A stretch of DNA of 64,000 nucleotides from Eledone cirrhosa. Its lineage: Eukaryota. Numbering within the stretch: position 1 is the first letter of the stretch; the number at the start of each line of letters is the position of its first letter. The notes beneath the pieces are model-generated. The model did no database searches. It was not told where the DNA came from and worked only from the letters and a program-made list of their open reading frames with translations. The translations under genes and the position numbers were made by a program. The stretch covers positions 127,410,001 through 127,474,000 of the forward strand of contig OZ024740.1 of assembly GCA_964016885.1 (NCBI GenBank), given 5' to 3'. Positions 1 through 12,900 of the stretch are shown one piece after another.

Positions 1-570
1 ACGCTATCAACGAGCAACTGTTGCAATTTCTTCCCGGAAGGCTGCATATTTACAAATCCGTCGATACAGTCCCCGACCAAGACCAAGCGGTAAACTACCA
101 TGTTGAATTCCTCAATTCGCTAGAACCTCCTGCACTGCCTCCTCATAGACTGGGACTAAAAATTGGAACTCCAATAATGCTTCTTAGGAATTTGGACCCT
201 ACAAAACTTTGCAACATCACACGCCTGGTTATAAAGAATGTAATGCGGCACGTCGCTGAAGCCACCATTATTTCAGGGTGTGGAAAAGGAGAGGATGTGT
301 TCGTTCCCAGAATACCACTCATTCCACCAGGTCAAGATCTTCCGTTTACCTTCAGACGCCTTCAATTTCCGCTTCGCATAAGTTTTGCCATGTCTATCAA
401 CAAGTCCCAGGGGCAGACATTTTCGGTGGCAGGACTTCACTTGGTAGATTCATGCTTCTCACATGGTCAACTATAAGTAGGCTGCTCCAGAGTGGGGAGC
501 AAAGGAAGTTTTTTCGCGTACACTCCACGAGGGAAAACAAAGAAAATTGTCTACCAAGAGGTTTTACGCC
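1..570 (+). pseudogene. Helitron RepHel C-terminal PIF1-family helicase fragment with premature stop
   Basis: ORF 21..476 has PIF1/Helitron motifs LPPHRLGLKIGTPIMLLRNLD, RLQFPLRISFAMSINKSQGQT and CFSHGQL. After the TAA at 474-476 the frame continues VGCSRVG...KTKKIVYQEVL, the typical RepHel C-terminus. Confidence 0.92.
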
Positions 571-1058
571 AAAATGCCATGTGTGTTCAAACGGACTAAC
601 TCAAGGTAAGGTTATATACTACTGCTCCTATACAATATCGAATTTACACCTTCATATTACCATCCTTCCTTCAATCAGGTATAAGTCACGAATTCGGAAA
701 AAACCACAGGCAGAAGGAATGACCAGAAAGAGCTCGGATGAAACCTTCCACAATTTTCCCCTAAATGAAACGGCCACTGTTATATCCTCCACAGATTGAC
801 ACGTGGTAAGCAATGTCAATGTTACTGCTGCTACATAGGACGCCCATTACCATCCGCAGTAGTCAGATTATTGAGGGAGAAACAGAAGGGTCTCGAATTT
901 GCCGTCCAAAATCGCGATTGACATTAACGAAAACCGCTAACATCAACGCAGAATAATACATTGTAGGTCGCTTTAACCCGTCTTTTATTAATCAAAGCAC
1001 TTCTTGCCTATAAACATTAACCCTCTGTGCGCCATTCATCTAACTGTAGATCAACAAA

Positions 1059-1780
1059 TCTATATATCTAAAACAGAGAATGTTTGTATGTCTGTCTGTC
1101 CGATCACTAAAACTCGAGAACCACCCAACCGATTTCTTTCAAACTTTACACTTGTAATATTTATGGTCCTGTGAGTGTTGTGAGAAAAGAAAATTAAAAT
1201 TGTCAATGCCCTAGGGAACGCATTAGGCGATTTAGCGATATCTCTGCATAACTCTTAGTCTTTCTAGTTTTAGATAGATACAAAAATATAGTGTTGCACC
1301 CTTATAATATATGTCTGTATGCCTGGCTGTCTGCATTACGTCATTATCACGTAGTTGTGTGTGTGTGTGTGTGTATCACATATATATAGTGTGCGTATAT
1401 ATATATACATATATAGTGTGTAACGTTTTTCAAAATATTTACTTCTGCGTTCACAGATTGATTTTTATTTTAGTTTCAGAAGATCCCGTTAAGAGTGAAA
1501 GCAGCGATTCTTTGCTTAAACTTTAATCTGTTACGTTAATAACATTTACACCAAAAGACCAAAACAGAGGAGTATGAAAAGAAGGGGCTCAACAATATTT
1601 CTATGAACAATGCACGTAGACAGCTAAACTGTACTTTCAACTTTTTTTTTCAATTTCAACTTGAAGTTTCCTGTCGGTATATTTTCGTGAGTTTTTAACA
1701 GGCACTCACAAATAAACGTTTATGAATCTAGGTGCTATTACCAATGTTCTTACCCGTGCAACGCCCGGATACACTGCTAG
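1059..1780 (+). mobile_element. Non-autonomous Helitron nested downstream of the helicase
   Basis: 5' A|TCTATATATCTAAAA...TGTCTGTCTGTCC start at 1059. 3' CCCGTGCAACGCCCGG hairpin then CTAG|T at 1777-1780. Inserted between A and T with no TSD. Confidence 0.7.
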
Positions 1781-1944
1781 TATATATATAATTATATATT
1801 CGTGTAGATATTTTTGCATACACAATAACAAAATATAAACAAACGTATTTATTTCGCGATAAAGTATTGAGTTTCTTCGCACAGAAAAAAACCCTGGTAA
1901 TCTTCGACGAATTATATATATCAAATATATAAGAACACTAGAGC

Positions 1945-1976
1945 AAATCCCGAGTAACGCCGGGCCATTATGCTAG
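1945..1976 (+). mobile_element. Second Helitron 3' terminus (probably of the helicase-bearing element)
   Basis: CCCGAGTAACGCCGGG hairpin followed 8 nt later by CTAG|T at 1973-1976. Confidence 0.75.
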
Positions 1977-2207
1977 TATATATATATATATAGGAGAGTG
2001 TTGTAGTTTGCATGAATCATTGTGCGTTAAGTATGATTTTCCGAGGTTACTGACTTCGGTTGAGGAGATTCAATCCTGAAATTTAAGGTCATATTGAAAT
2101 AAAGAACGGGTAACACAGAGCAGATTATTTGCCTTGTTTAATCATAAACCTTACCACAATTTTCGCATAGTCGTAACATTCGAATTACATAACTTCTTGT
2201 ATATACA

Positions 2208-2395
<188 letters not shown>

Positions 2396-3138
2396 CGTGT
2401 TTGTATTATAAATGTAAACATTATGGAGATCCCCTCTGGGTAAAGTACCCTTTAACATAGATTCGAGTCAACGGAAACGTGGCGGTCGAAATTGAATAGA
2501 CGGTAACTATATAGTAGCACACAATATTTCTCTATCTGTATTTCTAACGTGCAAACCAATTCTACAATAGTAATTACATATGTTCTTTGTGAAGATGTTT
2601 TTTTTATTTAAACCACGTAGGTTTTCTAATGAATGTATTGAATCCTTATCTGTTAATCCCCGCAACCATCATCTCCATTCCACTTTCACAAAGTACATAT
2701 ATATATTTATAGGACATTCTCATATGTCTGGCAAAATTTAAATCTGTCGCATGATAGAAAACAATAATCTTTGAATATAACCCTGTGCGCTTTCCCTTTT
2801 TACCTATTGTTTTTGATTCGTATGGAGATTTACCTCCTTTTTCAAATACACACATATACACACACATACAGACATATATACACGTACCCCCCCACCCCAT
2901 ATATATATATATATATGTATAAGCGTGCGTATGGGTATGTATGGGAAAAAATGTTAATGTTTCAGACACCAATCCTTTATCAGCAGATAACAGTGAGAAA
3001 TAAAAGATGAGATGGAAAACATAATGATATAGAAGAGGAAAGAACGCAAAAACACTTTCGGAGAAAAAGAACTTGACCGTTCAGTCAGGTATTGTATGTG
3101 TGTGTGTCTTTTGTCTATATCTATGTGTGCATAAGTGT

Positions 3139-3206
<68 letters not shown>

Positions 3207-3207
3207 A

Positions 3208-3279
<72 letters not shown>

Positions 3280-3638
3280 ATTGATTGGCGCATAGACACT
3301 CACTTCTTCATGTTTCTTAATATACGATACAATTTGTCTTTATTAACCATTCTCCACTTATAGAAACTTTTGTGATGGCTTTTTTTATCAAATTTAGTCT
3401 GGTGAAACATTTTAGCGCGCAGGAAAAAATGAGTTAAAATATTTGAACATTGAATGGGAATATATTTTCAGTAATAACTCACCATTTTCTTATTATTGTA
3501 TATTATACTGTTTAAAATATATATGACTAGAGTTAAATCTATTTCACATATCTATATTACTTATTTAATGTGATGGTTTTGTTATTGTGATTCACGTATA
3601 GCTAAAACTTGGAAAAAAATTATATCTATATATATATA

Positions 3639-3744
<106 letters not shown>

Positions 3745-5269
3745 GGGGGGGAGGTGTAGGTGTGTATGTGGGTGTTGGTGTGTGTGTCTGTGTGTCTGTG
3801 CGTCTGTAAGTGTGTATGTAAGCACACATTGAAGTGTATGAATTTTCTACGGAGACTTAAAATACAGTGACACAAACATATATTTATTGAATTCGCCTGT
3901 CATATCTACGTTATTTCGTTTATGTGTTGAAGTGATATAATGTGACTATGTACATTTCGAATGTGTGGGTGTATATATTAATAAAGTAAAAATAATATGT
4001 CTGTATGTTATGTCTTAGTTTTTCTTTCTACATCGGACTATATACACACATATGTGTATGCTTATGCTTATGTGAATAAGTCTGCCTCGAGCCCGAAAAC
4101 TCAACAGTTCGGTGTTTTATCCCTGTTTCCGTGGGGTTGAGTGACTGAGAGTACAAGTTACTAACATGAACAGGACACCAGTTAGTAGCAAGTTTCAAGT
4201 CCCATCTATACTGGAGTAACGGAAAATGAAGTGTTTTGCTCAAGAATACCACACACAACCCAGTCCAAGTATCGAAAATATGTAATTATGATCACTAGTT
4301 CAACGCCCTTCCAACTAGGCCACGCTCCCTACAATATACGAGTGCATATGAATAATATGAAAATCGTTCACTTTGGAGCTGGGAATTCGAGATCGAAAGA
4401 CGAATATATTGAGAGAATATTTAAGGATGCCAAGTAGAGACATTTCACTGCAGCCAACATCACAATGATTTTAGGAATTACTTTAACTGGTCTATGTGGT
4501 CCCATGAAGTACTTTTCTACACCTTGTGTATCTTTCTCAGGTATATATCTCTTTTCCTTCTGCCTCACACGGCTCTGCTCATCGGCGTCACTATATATTC
4601 TCATGTTTTATCAAAACGCGTTTTTTCTGAGCTTCCATAAAATACATTCTTCCGCCTAGTTAATTATATTAGTTAGACATCAACAGAACCTACCAGCTTT
4701 CCCTAGCTTCAAAGGATTTTTTCCTAGTTATCTACGTTTATCTGTTCCTATATGATGCAATGCATATCAGTTTTCTAATAACCGCTATTCGCGTCCTATG
4801 TTGTATTTAATGAAAACAAACCCTCATTGGTCTCATAAAAATTTCATACCAACTCAACTGTAAAGGTCTCCTTAAATACTAGTAATATATTTCAAATCTG
4901 TAAACCTAGCATTTCCATCGCATCCCTCATCGAATTGTAGATCTAAGCAAACAGAATATAACCCAAATAATATCTTGCAATCATGTAAATCTCTTTCTTT
5001 TCACCCCTTACATTAGTTAAATGAGGAAGTTCTTACTACTTCTCAGTTTGATTTATGTTCGCATATGCGCTTCTCCTGCTCCGCTAATGACAACTTGTCG
5101 ATGAGAGTCAGCGTTCTAGAAATACTCGACACACACAAACTCACATACACAATTCCATAATATCACCACGTTTCATATATGATGAAATATTTGTTTTAAA
5201 TATATAAAGATTAACCGAGTATACGAACATGCACTCACATTCACTCTTTCTTAACCACATCGGTATATA

Positions 5270-5578
<309 letters not shown>

Positions 5579-5636
5579 GTGCGTGCGCGTTTGTGTGTGT
5601 GTAGGTATGTATATATAACTATATATGTATATACAT

Positions 5637-5690
<54 letters not shown>

Positions 5691-5691
<1 letters not shown>

Positions 5692-6072
5692 TTCGTTTTA
5701 GAATTTGTTCTTATAAGATTTCTTATCTGAAAACGTATGTTGAAACAGATATCTTTACACTTTGGGAAGGTCATGCCGCTTGTTTGTGTGTATATTGCCA
5801 ACGCTCTTTCATCACACAGTTTGTGACCTCCTCTGTGACTGGGTTTTTATTTTGTGTCTCCTGTTCATTAGAGAACAAAGGAGAGACACAAAATAAAAAG
5901 CAGTCACTCGGGAGGTCACAGAATGTGTGATGAAAGAGCATTGGCAATATACAAACAAACATCCGGCTATCGAATCAACCAACGAAACAGAAATATATAA
6001 CACATTGAAAAGAAAACCAATAGGTGCGTGTGTTTTTATTGCCACCATGACCATGCCGAATTATAACAATAT
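5691..6072. mobile_element. Foldback pair of non-autonomous PLE pLTR-like module, family Y (also 24136-24445)
   Basis: 5691-5866 (-) and 5870-6072 (+) are diverged inverted copies (CAGTCAC...GGTCACA...TGTGTGATGAAAGAGC), flanked by (TA)n. Confidence 0.75.
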
Positions 6073-6135
6073 ATATATATATGGAATAAATGAAATTACA
6101 TTTCTCACTCTTAGTACGGCTGTTATACATTCTTA

Positions 6136-6201
<66 letters not shown>

Positions 6202-6251
6202 AGTATGTATGTATACGTACATACATATATGTATACAGACGTACAGTAGCA

Positions 6252-6303
<52 letters not shown>

Positions 6304-6454
6304 CAGGTACACATACATATATGTACGTATCAGTTTAGCGGACGCTTATTATAGCGCCCGCTTTGTTCGTTTGTAAACAAACGGAACAGCCTGAATTTAT
6401 GCCGTACGGTGTTAAGGCAACCACGTCACCTTCTTGTTCAACACTAACACAGGA

Positions 6455-6497
6455 ACGATGTACTAGTTTCAAGCTTGTTAGCTATCATCAGCACCGT
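6455..6497 (-). ncRNA. Minimal type I hammerhead ribozyme (inverted copy)
   Basis: Exact reverse complement of 6774-6816. Confidence 0.85.
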
Positions 6498-6773
6498 ATA
6501 CCCTTCTGCCAGATGGTGGAACGTTCGAAAGTATATACTTTCCTTATGAAAATTAACGGCTGAGCAGCCTAATTTGCATATCGAGTGAGTTCGGCCAGGC
6601 GTACCGAGAACGATAAGTTGTAATAAAATGAAAACGAAATTTCATTTCTCACTCTTAGTACGGCACTTACTTAAATGTAAGTATGTATGTATACGTACAT
6701 ACATATATGTATACAGACGTTTCATAAGGAAAGTATATACTTTCGAACGTTCAACCATCTGGCAGAAGGGTAT

Positions 6774-6816
6774 ACGGTGCTGATGATAGCTAACAAGCTT
6801 GAAACTAGTACATCGT
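6774..6816 (+). ncRNA. Minimal type I hammerhead ribozyme
   Basis: ACGGTG-CTGATGA-t-AGCT(aaca)AGCT-t-GAAA-CTAG-TA-CATCGT. Stem I 6 bp, intact core, palindromic stem III, GUA site. Confidence 0.88.
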
Positions 6817-6967
6817 TCCTGTGTCAGTGTTGAACAAAAAGGTGACGTGGTTGCCTTAACACCGTACGGCATAAATTCAGGCTGTTCAGTTTGTTTACAA
6901 ACGAACAAAGCGGGCGCTATAATAAGCGTCCGCTAAACTGATACGTACATATATGTATGTGTACCTG

Positions 6968-7018
<51 letters not shown>

Positions 7019-7137
7019 ATATGCATGCTACTGTACGTCTGTATACATATATGTATGTACGTATACATACATACTTACATTTAAGTAAGTGCCGTACTAA
7101 GAGTGAGACATGAAATTTCGTTTTTATTTTATTACAA

Positions 7138-7206
<69 letters not shown>

Positions 7207-7366
7207 AATTAGTATATCTACCAACATATGTATACAGATGCATACCTATGTTAGCAAATATATATGTTTTGTCTTAGTAACTTTGTGGTTTTATGCAAGG
7301 GGATGCAGAACAATTATATGAAAGACGTAAATAAGAAAGTTATGAAAATTGACTTACTAAAATTTC

Positions 7367-7447
7367 ACTCCAACTAATTAGTTTCTGTAAGGGGATAAAT
7401 ATAGTTACGGAGCGTATCCACAGAGAAGCCTTACGTCATCAGGGAGT
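7367..7447 (-). ncRNA. Type I hammerhead ribozyme within inverted repeat 7321-7425 / 7495-7603
   Basis: Minus strand: ACTCC-CTGATGA-c-GTAAGG...CCTTAC-a-GAAA-CTAATTAG-TT-GGAGT. 8-nt palindromic stem III, GUU site. Confidence 0.85.
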
Positions 7448-7598
7448 CTATTCTCAGCTAAGTTTCTAGGCAATGCGAGGACACTGGGAACTTGCTCTGT
7501 GGATACGCTCCGTAACCATATTTATCCCCTTACAGAAACTAATTAGTTGGCGTGAAATTTTAGTAAGTAAGTCAATTTTCATAACTTTCTTATTTACG

Positions 7599-7650
<52 letters not shown>

Positions 7651-8015
7651 GTGAGATTTTACAAAATGAAAAAAACCGAGGTGTCGTACACGAGTGAAAG
7701 TATAACGAAAAAAGATGAAATCGAAAATGAAACAAGTCTTTTTTTTTTTAAATATATTCATTTGGTTGCTTTACCGGTTTCGCAGTTCTTGTGCTTTTCA
7801 AAAGTAGAATTGAGATGGAGGGTTTGTGGTTTGTAGATTTTCTCACAAGACCCCGACGGCAGATCTCACGCCGTTTCGAATTCCATTATAGCCGTCGAAA
7901 CGGTGTGAGCTGCCGTCGACGTCTTGAACATTTTCCTATTACCCACTCTACTAACCTAAGTATTGAGTACTCAGGTGCGCTTTGGTTGACCTGGTTCCTT
8001 ACCACACTTCCTTCG

Positions 8016-8115
<100 letters not shown>

Positions 8116-8126
8116 ATGTGTGTGTG

Positions 8127-8166
<40 letters not shown>

Positions 8167-8225
8167 ATTATATATATATATAGAGAGAGAGACAGAGAGA
8201 GAAAGAGATATAGATAAATAGATAG

Positions 8226-9912
8226 AAATATAAATAGATAGATAGATTTCTTTATTTGCCACAAGGGCGCCCAAGAAAAGGGGACAATACAAAGACATGC
8301 CGAAACTTTTACATACAGTCGTGTAAAAAATATAAAAAACAAACAATTACAACAATCGAAATCCCCAGTAGAAGGGAAGGGACACAAATGGGTTGTTTAA
8401 TTCCCCGTCGATAGAACATCCTCAACTGGGGGAGCGTGTTGTGCAAGTGCTTCTTTCTTCCTTTTGCTCTCTTCTTCAACCTACAGGCATATAAACAGAG
8501 AAGGCCCAATCACTCGGGCCATTTTCGCTTCCTTCACCCACATTTCAGTAAATTTACTGGGGTGCAGTGCCTCTCTTTCCACTCTGATTCTCCTTCTAAA
8601 ATGATACTTAAAGAAGTGAATCAATTGTTGTCCGGAGAAAAAGGCATCTGTCCTCAGTCCTCTCAATCTCGTCCACCATAAAACTTCATTCACCATAGCC
8701 ACCGTACAGAGGAAAACCGTCTCTCTATCGTTTTTGAAAGAGGCTGGCGGTTTGATCCTTACTATGGACTCTGCAGTCAACTGGATTTTCCCATACGCGA
8801 CAACAGTTATTCTGCATAGTTCCACAGGTCGGTTACGCCTGGGCAGTATCGAAAGTAACATCTCAGTTTCTGGCACTCCGAAGCCAGCCAAGATCCACCA
8901 GATGTTAATGTTTGGGGGTATATATTTTTTAAAAATATTTTGTGTCCTTTTTCCCTTGTATGTAGGGAAAAAAGTTAATGCTTTTGACACCATTGGTGTC
9001 ACAGAATGTTTTTGGGCAAATGCCTTGCTTTTAAACAGTTCGAAAACACCTCCGTACTGTTTTGCTCGTTGGAGAAAATCGATATTTGCTAGAATTTCCT
9101 TGAAAGTAGCTTCTATATCTGCTTGACTAACAAATATCTGCTTTCTCGTGGAATTGGACACAGTCCTAAAGGTGACTGATCTCCGAACTGTATCTTCCTT
9201 TATTTCAAGGGGTGAGTTAATTCTAAAACCCACCTTTCTCTTCGAAAGTTACAAATTTTCTCCCTTGCTGGAGCATATCAATATTGGAGATGTCAATATT
9301 TATAAAATCTTGTTTTTTGTTCACTGTTTCAGCGAAAGACATTTCCTTGTTTTGTGTGGTGTTGCTGTTGTTGTTGTTGTTATCGTTGTTAGCCTCGATG
9401 TTGGAAATCTCAGTTCCTTGACGAGGTGAAACTTTATGTGTACATGTATCTGTGGAGTTGTTGATGTCTTTTTCATGTGTATGTATGTTAATAGGTTTAA
9501 TTTCTATGTTTTCATGTGAGCTAGTGTTATTTTTCTGCACTTCGACGGTAGAAATTGTACAATTTTCGAGTGGTAACATTTTTTCCTCTTTATTGACAGT
9601 CGTATCTATGTCGACGTCCATAGTAGCCGAAGCAGATATAACGTTAAAATCTGCCTTTTTCTCTCTCTTTTCTCTATTGACGTTCTCCAGCGTTCCCTTT
9701 GTGTTATTCGTGTTTTATAGTTTGCAAAATTTGATATTTTAAAACAATCCTTAAATTAAATTTTTGCCCCCAAATGGGCAAAAAATGGTATTACCACCCA
9801 GCTGACAATTCAGCTTGGAGGTTAATCTACAAAATAATATGTTTTTTTAAACAATTTGTTCTGTTTTTCGTATATAAATTTACAAAAAATCTTACCGGCG
9901 ATGTTCCACGCG
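8226..9912 (-). mobile_element. Internally deleted L1/Tx1-type LINE (5'UTR + ORF1 N-terminus fused to last ORF2 codons + 3'UTR)
   Basis: 9621-8847 is homologous to ORF1 at 21639 (FRT.SN, PTY.G.RTQ, I.IWW.L.GF). 8845-8303 is nearly identical to 10697-10155. Ends AATAAAGAAAT(CTAT)n. Confidence 0.85.
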
Positions 9913-9939
9913 TCAGGCAGAAAGAGAGATAGATAGATA

Positions 9940-12900
9940 TATTTCTTTATTTGCCACAAGGGCGCACATGAAAAGGGGACAATACAAAGACATGCCGGGG
10001 ATTTTACGTACAGTCGTGTAAAAAATATAAAAACAAACGATTATAACAACCGAAATCACCAATAGGGGGGCAGCCCCACAAATGGGTTGTTTAATACCCC
10101 GTCGATAGAACAACCCTCAACTGCAGGAGCGTGTTGTGCAAGTGCTCCTTTCTTTATTTTACATACAGTCGTGTAAAAAATATAAAAAACAAACAATTAC
10201 AACAATCGAAATCCCCAGTAGAAGGGAAGGGACACAAATGGGTTGTTTAATTCCCCGTCGATAGAACATCCTCAACTGGGGGAGCGTGTTGTGCAAGTGC
10301 TTCTTTCTTCCTTTTGCTCTCTTCTTCAACCTACAGGCTTATAAACAGAGAAGGCCCCATCACTCGGGCCATTTTCGCTTCCTTCACCCACCTTTCAGTA
10401 AATTTACTGGGGTGCAGTGTCTCTCTTTCCACCATGATTCTCCTTTTAAACTGATACTTAAAGAAGTGAATCAATTGTTGTCCGGAGAGAAAGGCATCTG
10501 TCCTCAGTCCTCTCAATCTCGTCCACCGTATAACTTATTTCACCATAGCCACCGTACAGAGGAAAATCGCCTCTCTTTCGTTTTTGAAAGAGGCTGGAGG
10601 TTTGATCCTTACTATGGACTCGGCAGTTAACTGGATTTGTTCCATACGCGACAGCAGTTGTTCTGCATAGTTCCACAGGTCGGTTACGCTCGGGCAGTGT
10701 ACTGTTGCGTGCAGGACTGACTGTTTCAATGTCCTGCGCGCATCTTGGATACGTCCTCTTGGAAGGATACCTGCCGGGGCGTCCGTGCCTGTAGATCTTA
10801 TCACGAACCGCTAGAGCTTCTCGGTAGCACTGCCAGGCCAGGGACCTCTGGAAGTTGTCCATAGGTCACGGGCGGAAAGTCCTACCAAACAGACTGGTGA
10901 GCTCATCGTCTTCGACGCCCAAAGTCTCTCCGACAATGTCGTCGCCCTTGTAACGTACAATCCCTCTATAGAATGTCGAAGTGGAGCCTCCACTGATTGC
11001 TGCGCCCGCTTGCCAGAGGACTGTGAACGCCTGAGCGCATTCAATGTGCCAGGCGCCCATTGTTTTCGGATTTTTTTTTACCCAGGACTGCAGCTCCGTC
11101 AGCGAGACGAGCTGTGGGAACGCCTGTCTCACAAACGGTGCCGACACCGGTTAGGGGTCGGTGAGGAACACCTGGAAATGCCGCAGACTCGGCGCATGTT
11201 TGCGCATCATCAGCCAGACCTCCGTTGGAAGGGTGCTGACAGTAGACTGATGTCCTCACCAGTGGAGCCTGCTTCTTCCACAGAAACTGGAAGAGCATGC
11301 GTTCCATCTTGGCGAGGTGTTCACGGGGACATGGCACGACAGTCAAGCGGTAGTAGATAACGGACGCTATGAAAATGTTCACCAACTCCGCTCGACCTTT
11401 CAAGGACAGTTTGCACTCTGCCCACTTCTGGGTGAGTGCAAAGACCTTCGCCGTGACCTCGTTCCAGTTTTTCTGCACCTGGAGGTCTGGACCGAACCAG
11501 ACCCCGAGCAGTTTCACCGGTCCGTCCGTCCAGCGTCCAACGAGGCTGTCGGACGTTGTTGGTTTGCCTCTCCACGTACCGAGTTGCAAACCGACAGACT
11601 TGTCCGAGTTTAGTTTTGCTCCCGTCAGCGTTTCGTATTCTTTCAGTAAGTTGCTGATCACCCCGATTTCAGAGGTACTCGACACCATTACCGTCACGTC
11701 GTCGGCATAAGCGGACGCCACTTTGCTCAGTCCCGGACCTAGAGGGATGCCCTTAAACAGCTCCAATTTCCGCAATAGTGGCTCTAGAGTCAATACATAC
11801 AGAATGGAGGAGAGAGGGTATCCCTGTCGAAAGGAACCCGTGAGTGCGAACGGCTCCAATAGGTAGCCGTTCACCTTGACACTCGAGCAAATGCAGGTGT
11901 GCATCGCCTCGATCCAGCCTCTGAACACGCGACGGAAACCGGCCGCCTTGAGAACCGCTTCCAAGTATCGATGGTCGACTCTATCGAATGCCTTAGACTG
12001 ATCCAAATTGATCAGAGCCCCACCGAAGCCCAGTTTACTACCCACCCTCTCTATGATGTATCGCATGAGGTGGAGGTTGTCGTGTATGAACCTGGTCGGG
12101 ATTGCACACGTTTGCGCTTTCCCTACCAGGTTCCCGACGACAAGCGCCAACCTCGTCGCTAGCACCTTGGCCAAAATCTTTAACTCTGTGTTGAGTAGAG
12201 TTATGGGTCTAAAGTTGTTAATTTCGTATCCCTAGTTCTCGTCTTTCCTGATCAGCGTTACCACGCCCTTGCCTGCAGAACTGGGAATTCTTCCGTTCTG
12301 ATGCCAACTGCAGTAGACGGCTTCGAGGACGCCAGAGAACAAGTCCAGAATGCCTATATAAAACTCATAGGGTAGACCATCTAGACCGGGTGACTTGCGT
12401 TTCCTGCAGCAGCCCAGAGCGTCCCGTATTTCAGTGTCCCTGATCGGTCTTTCGCAGAACTCGGCGTCCGTGTTCGAGAGTCGCGACAGGCCGTGGAGGT
12501 ATGAACGAAATCCATTGTCCCGTTCGGCTCACCGTCGTTCTGCTCAAACAGTCGCGCAAAGTGCTGCTGAAAGGCTGTGCACATTTGCTTGGGGTCAAGT
12601 AGCACGCGTCGCATTTGGTTATTTCAAAGAACAAATCGTGGACTTGTTGCCACTTTTTGCCTCCGCCACTCGGGCCCAGATGACAGCTTTTGCTCCTTCA
12701 TTTCCTAGAGCACGTATTTTGCTCCTGACCACGCAGCCTTCGTGTTTCGCATCGAAGAACTGGTCCAGTACCGTTGTCGACGCTAACACTCTAGCCGCGT
12801 TGCCAATTCTAAATACCTCCTTTACCTTGGCTACTATTTCTCTTTCTAGTTTGTTTTTTCTCTGAGGCTAACTCTCTGCTAAACCCTATCGATTCTATTC

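Larger units (their letters stand above)
6088..7142. mobile_element. ORF-less hammerhead-bearing element with partial tandem and inverted copy (retrozyme-like)
   Basis: 6297-6552 is the near-perfect reverse complement of 6721-6974. 6615-6720 repeats parts of 6088-6241 and is inverted again at 7035-7142. Flanked by (TA)n. Confidence 0.8.

Noticed and set aside
278-799. 173-aa ORF overlapping the helicase
   Set aside because: Alternative frame of the Helitron sequence with no recognisable motif.
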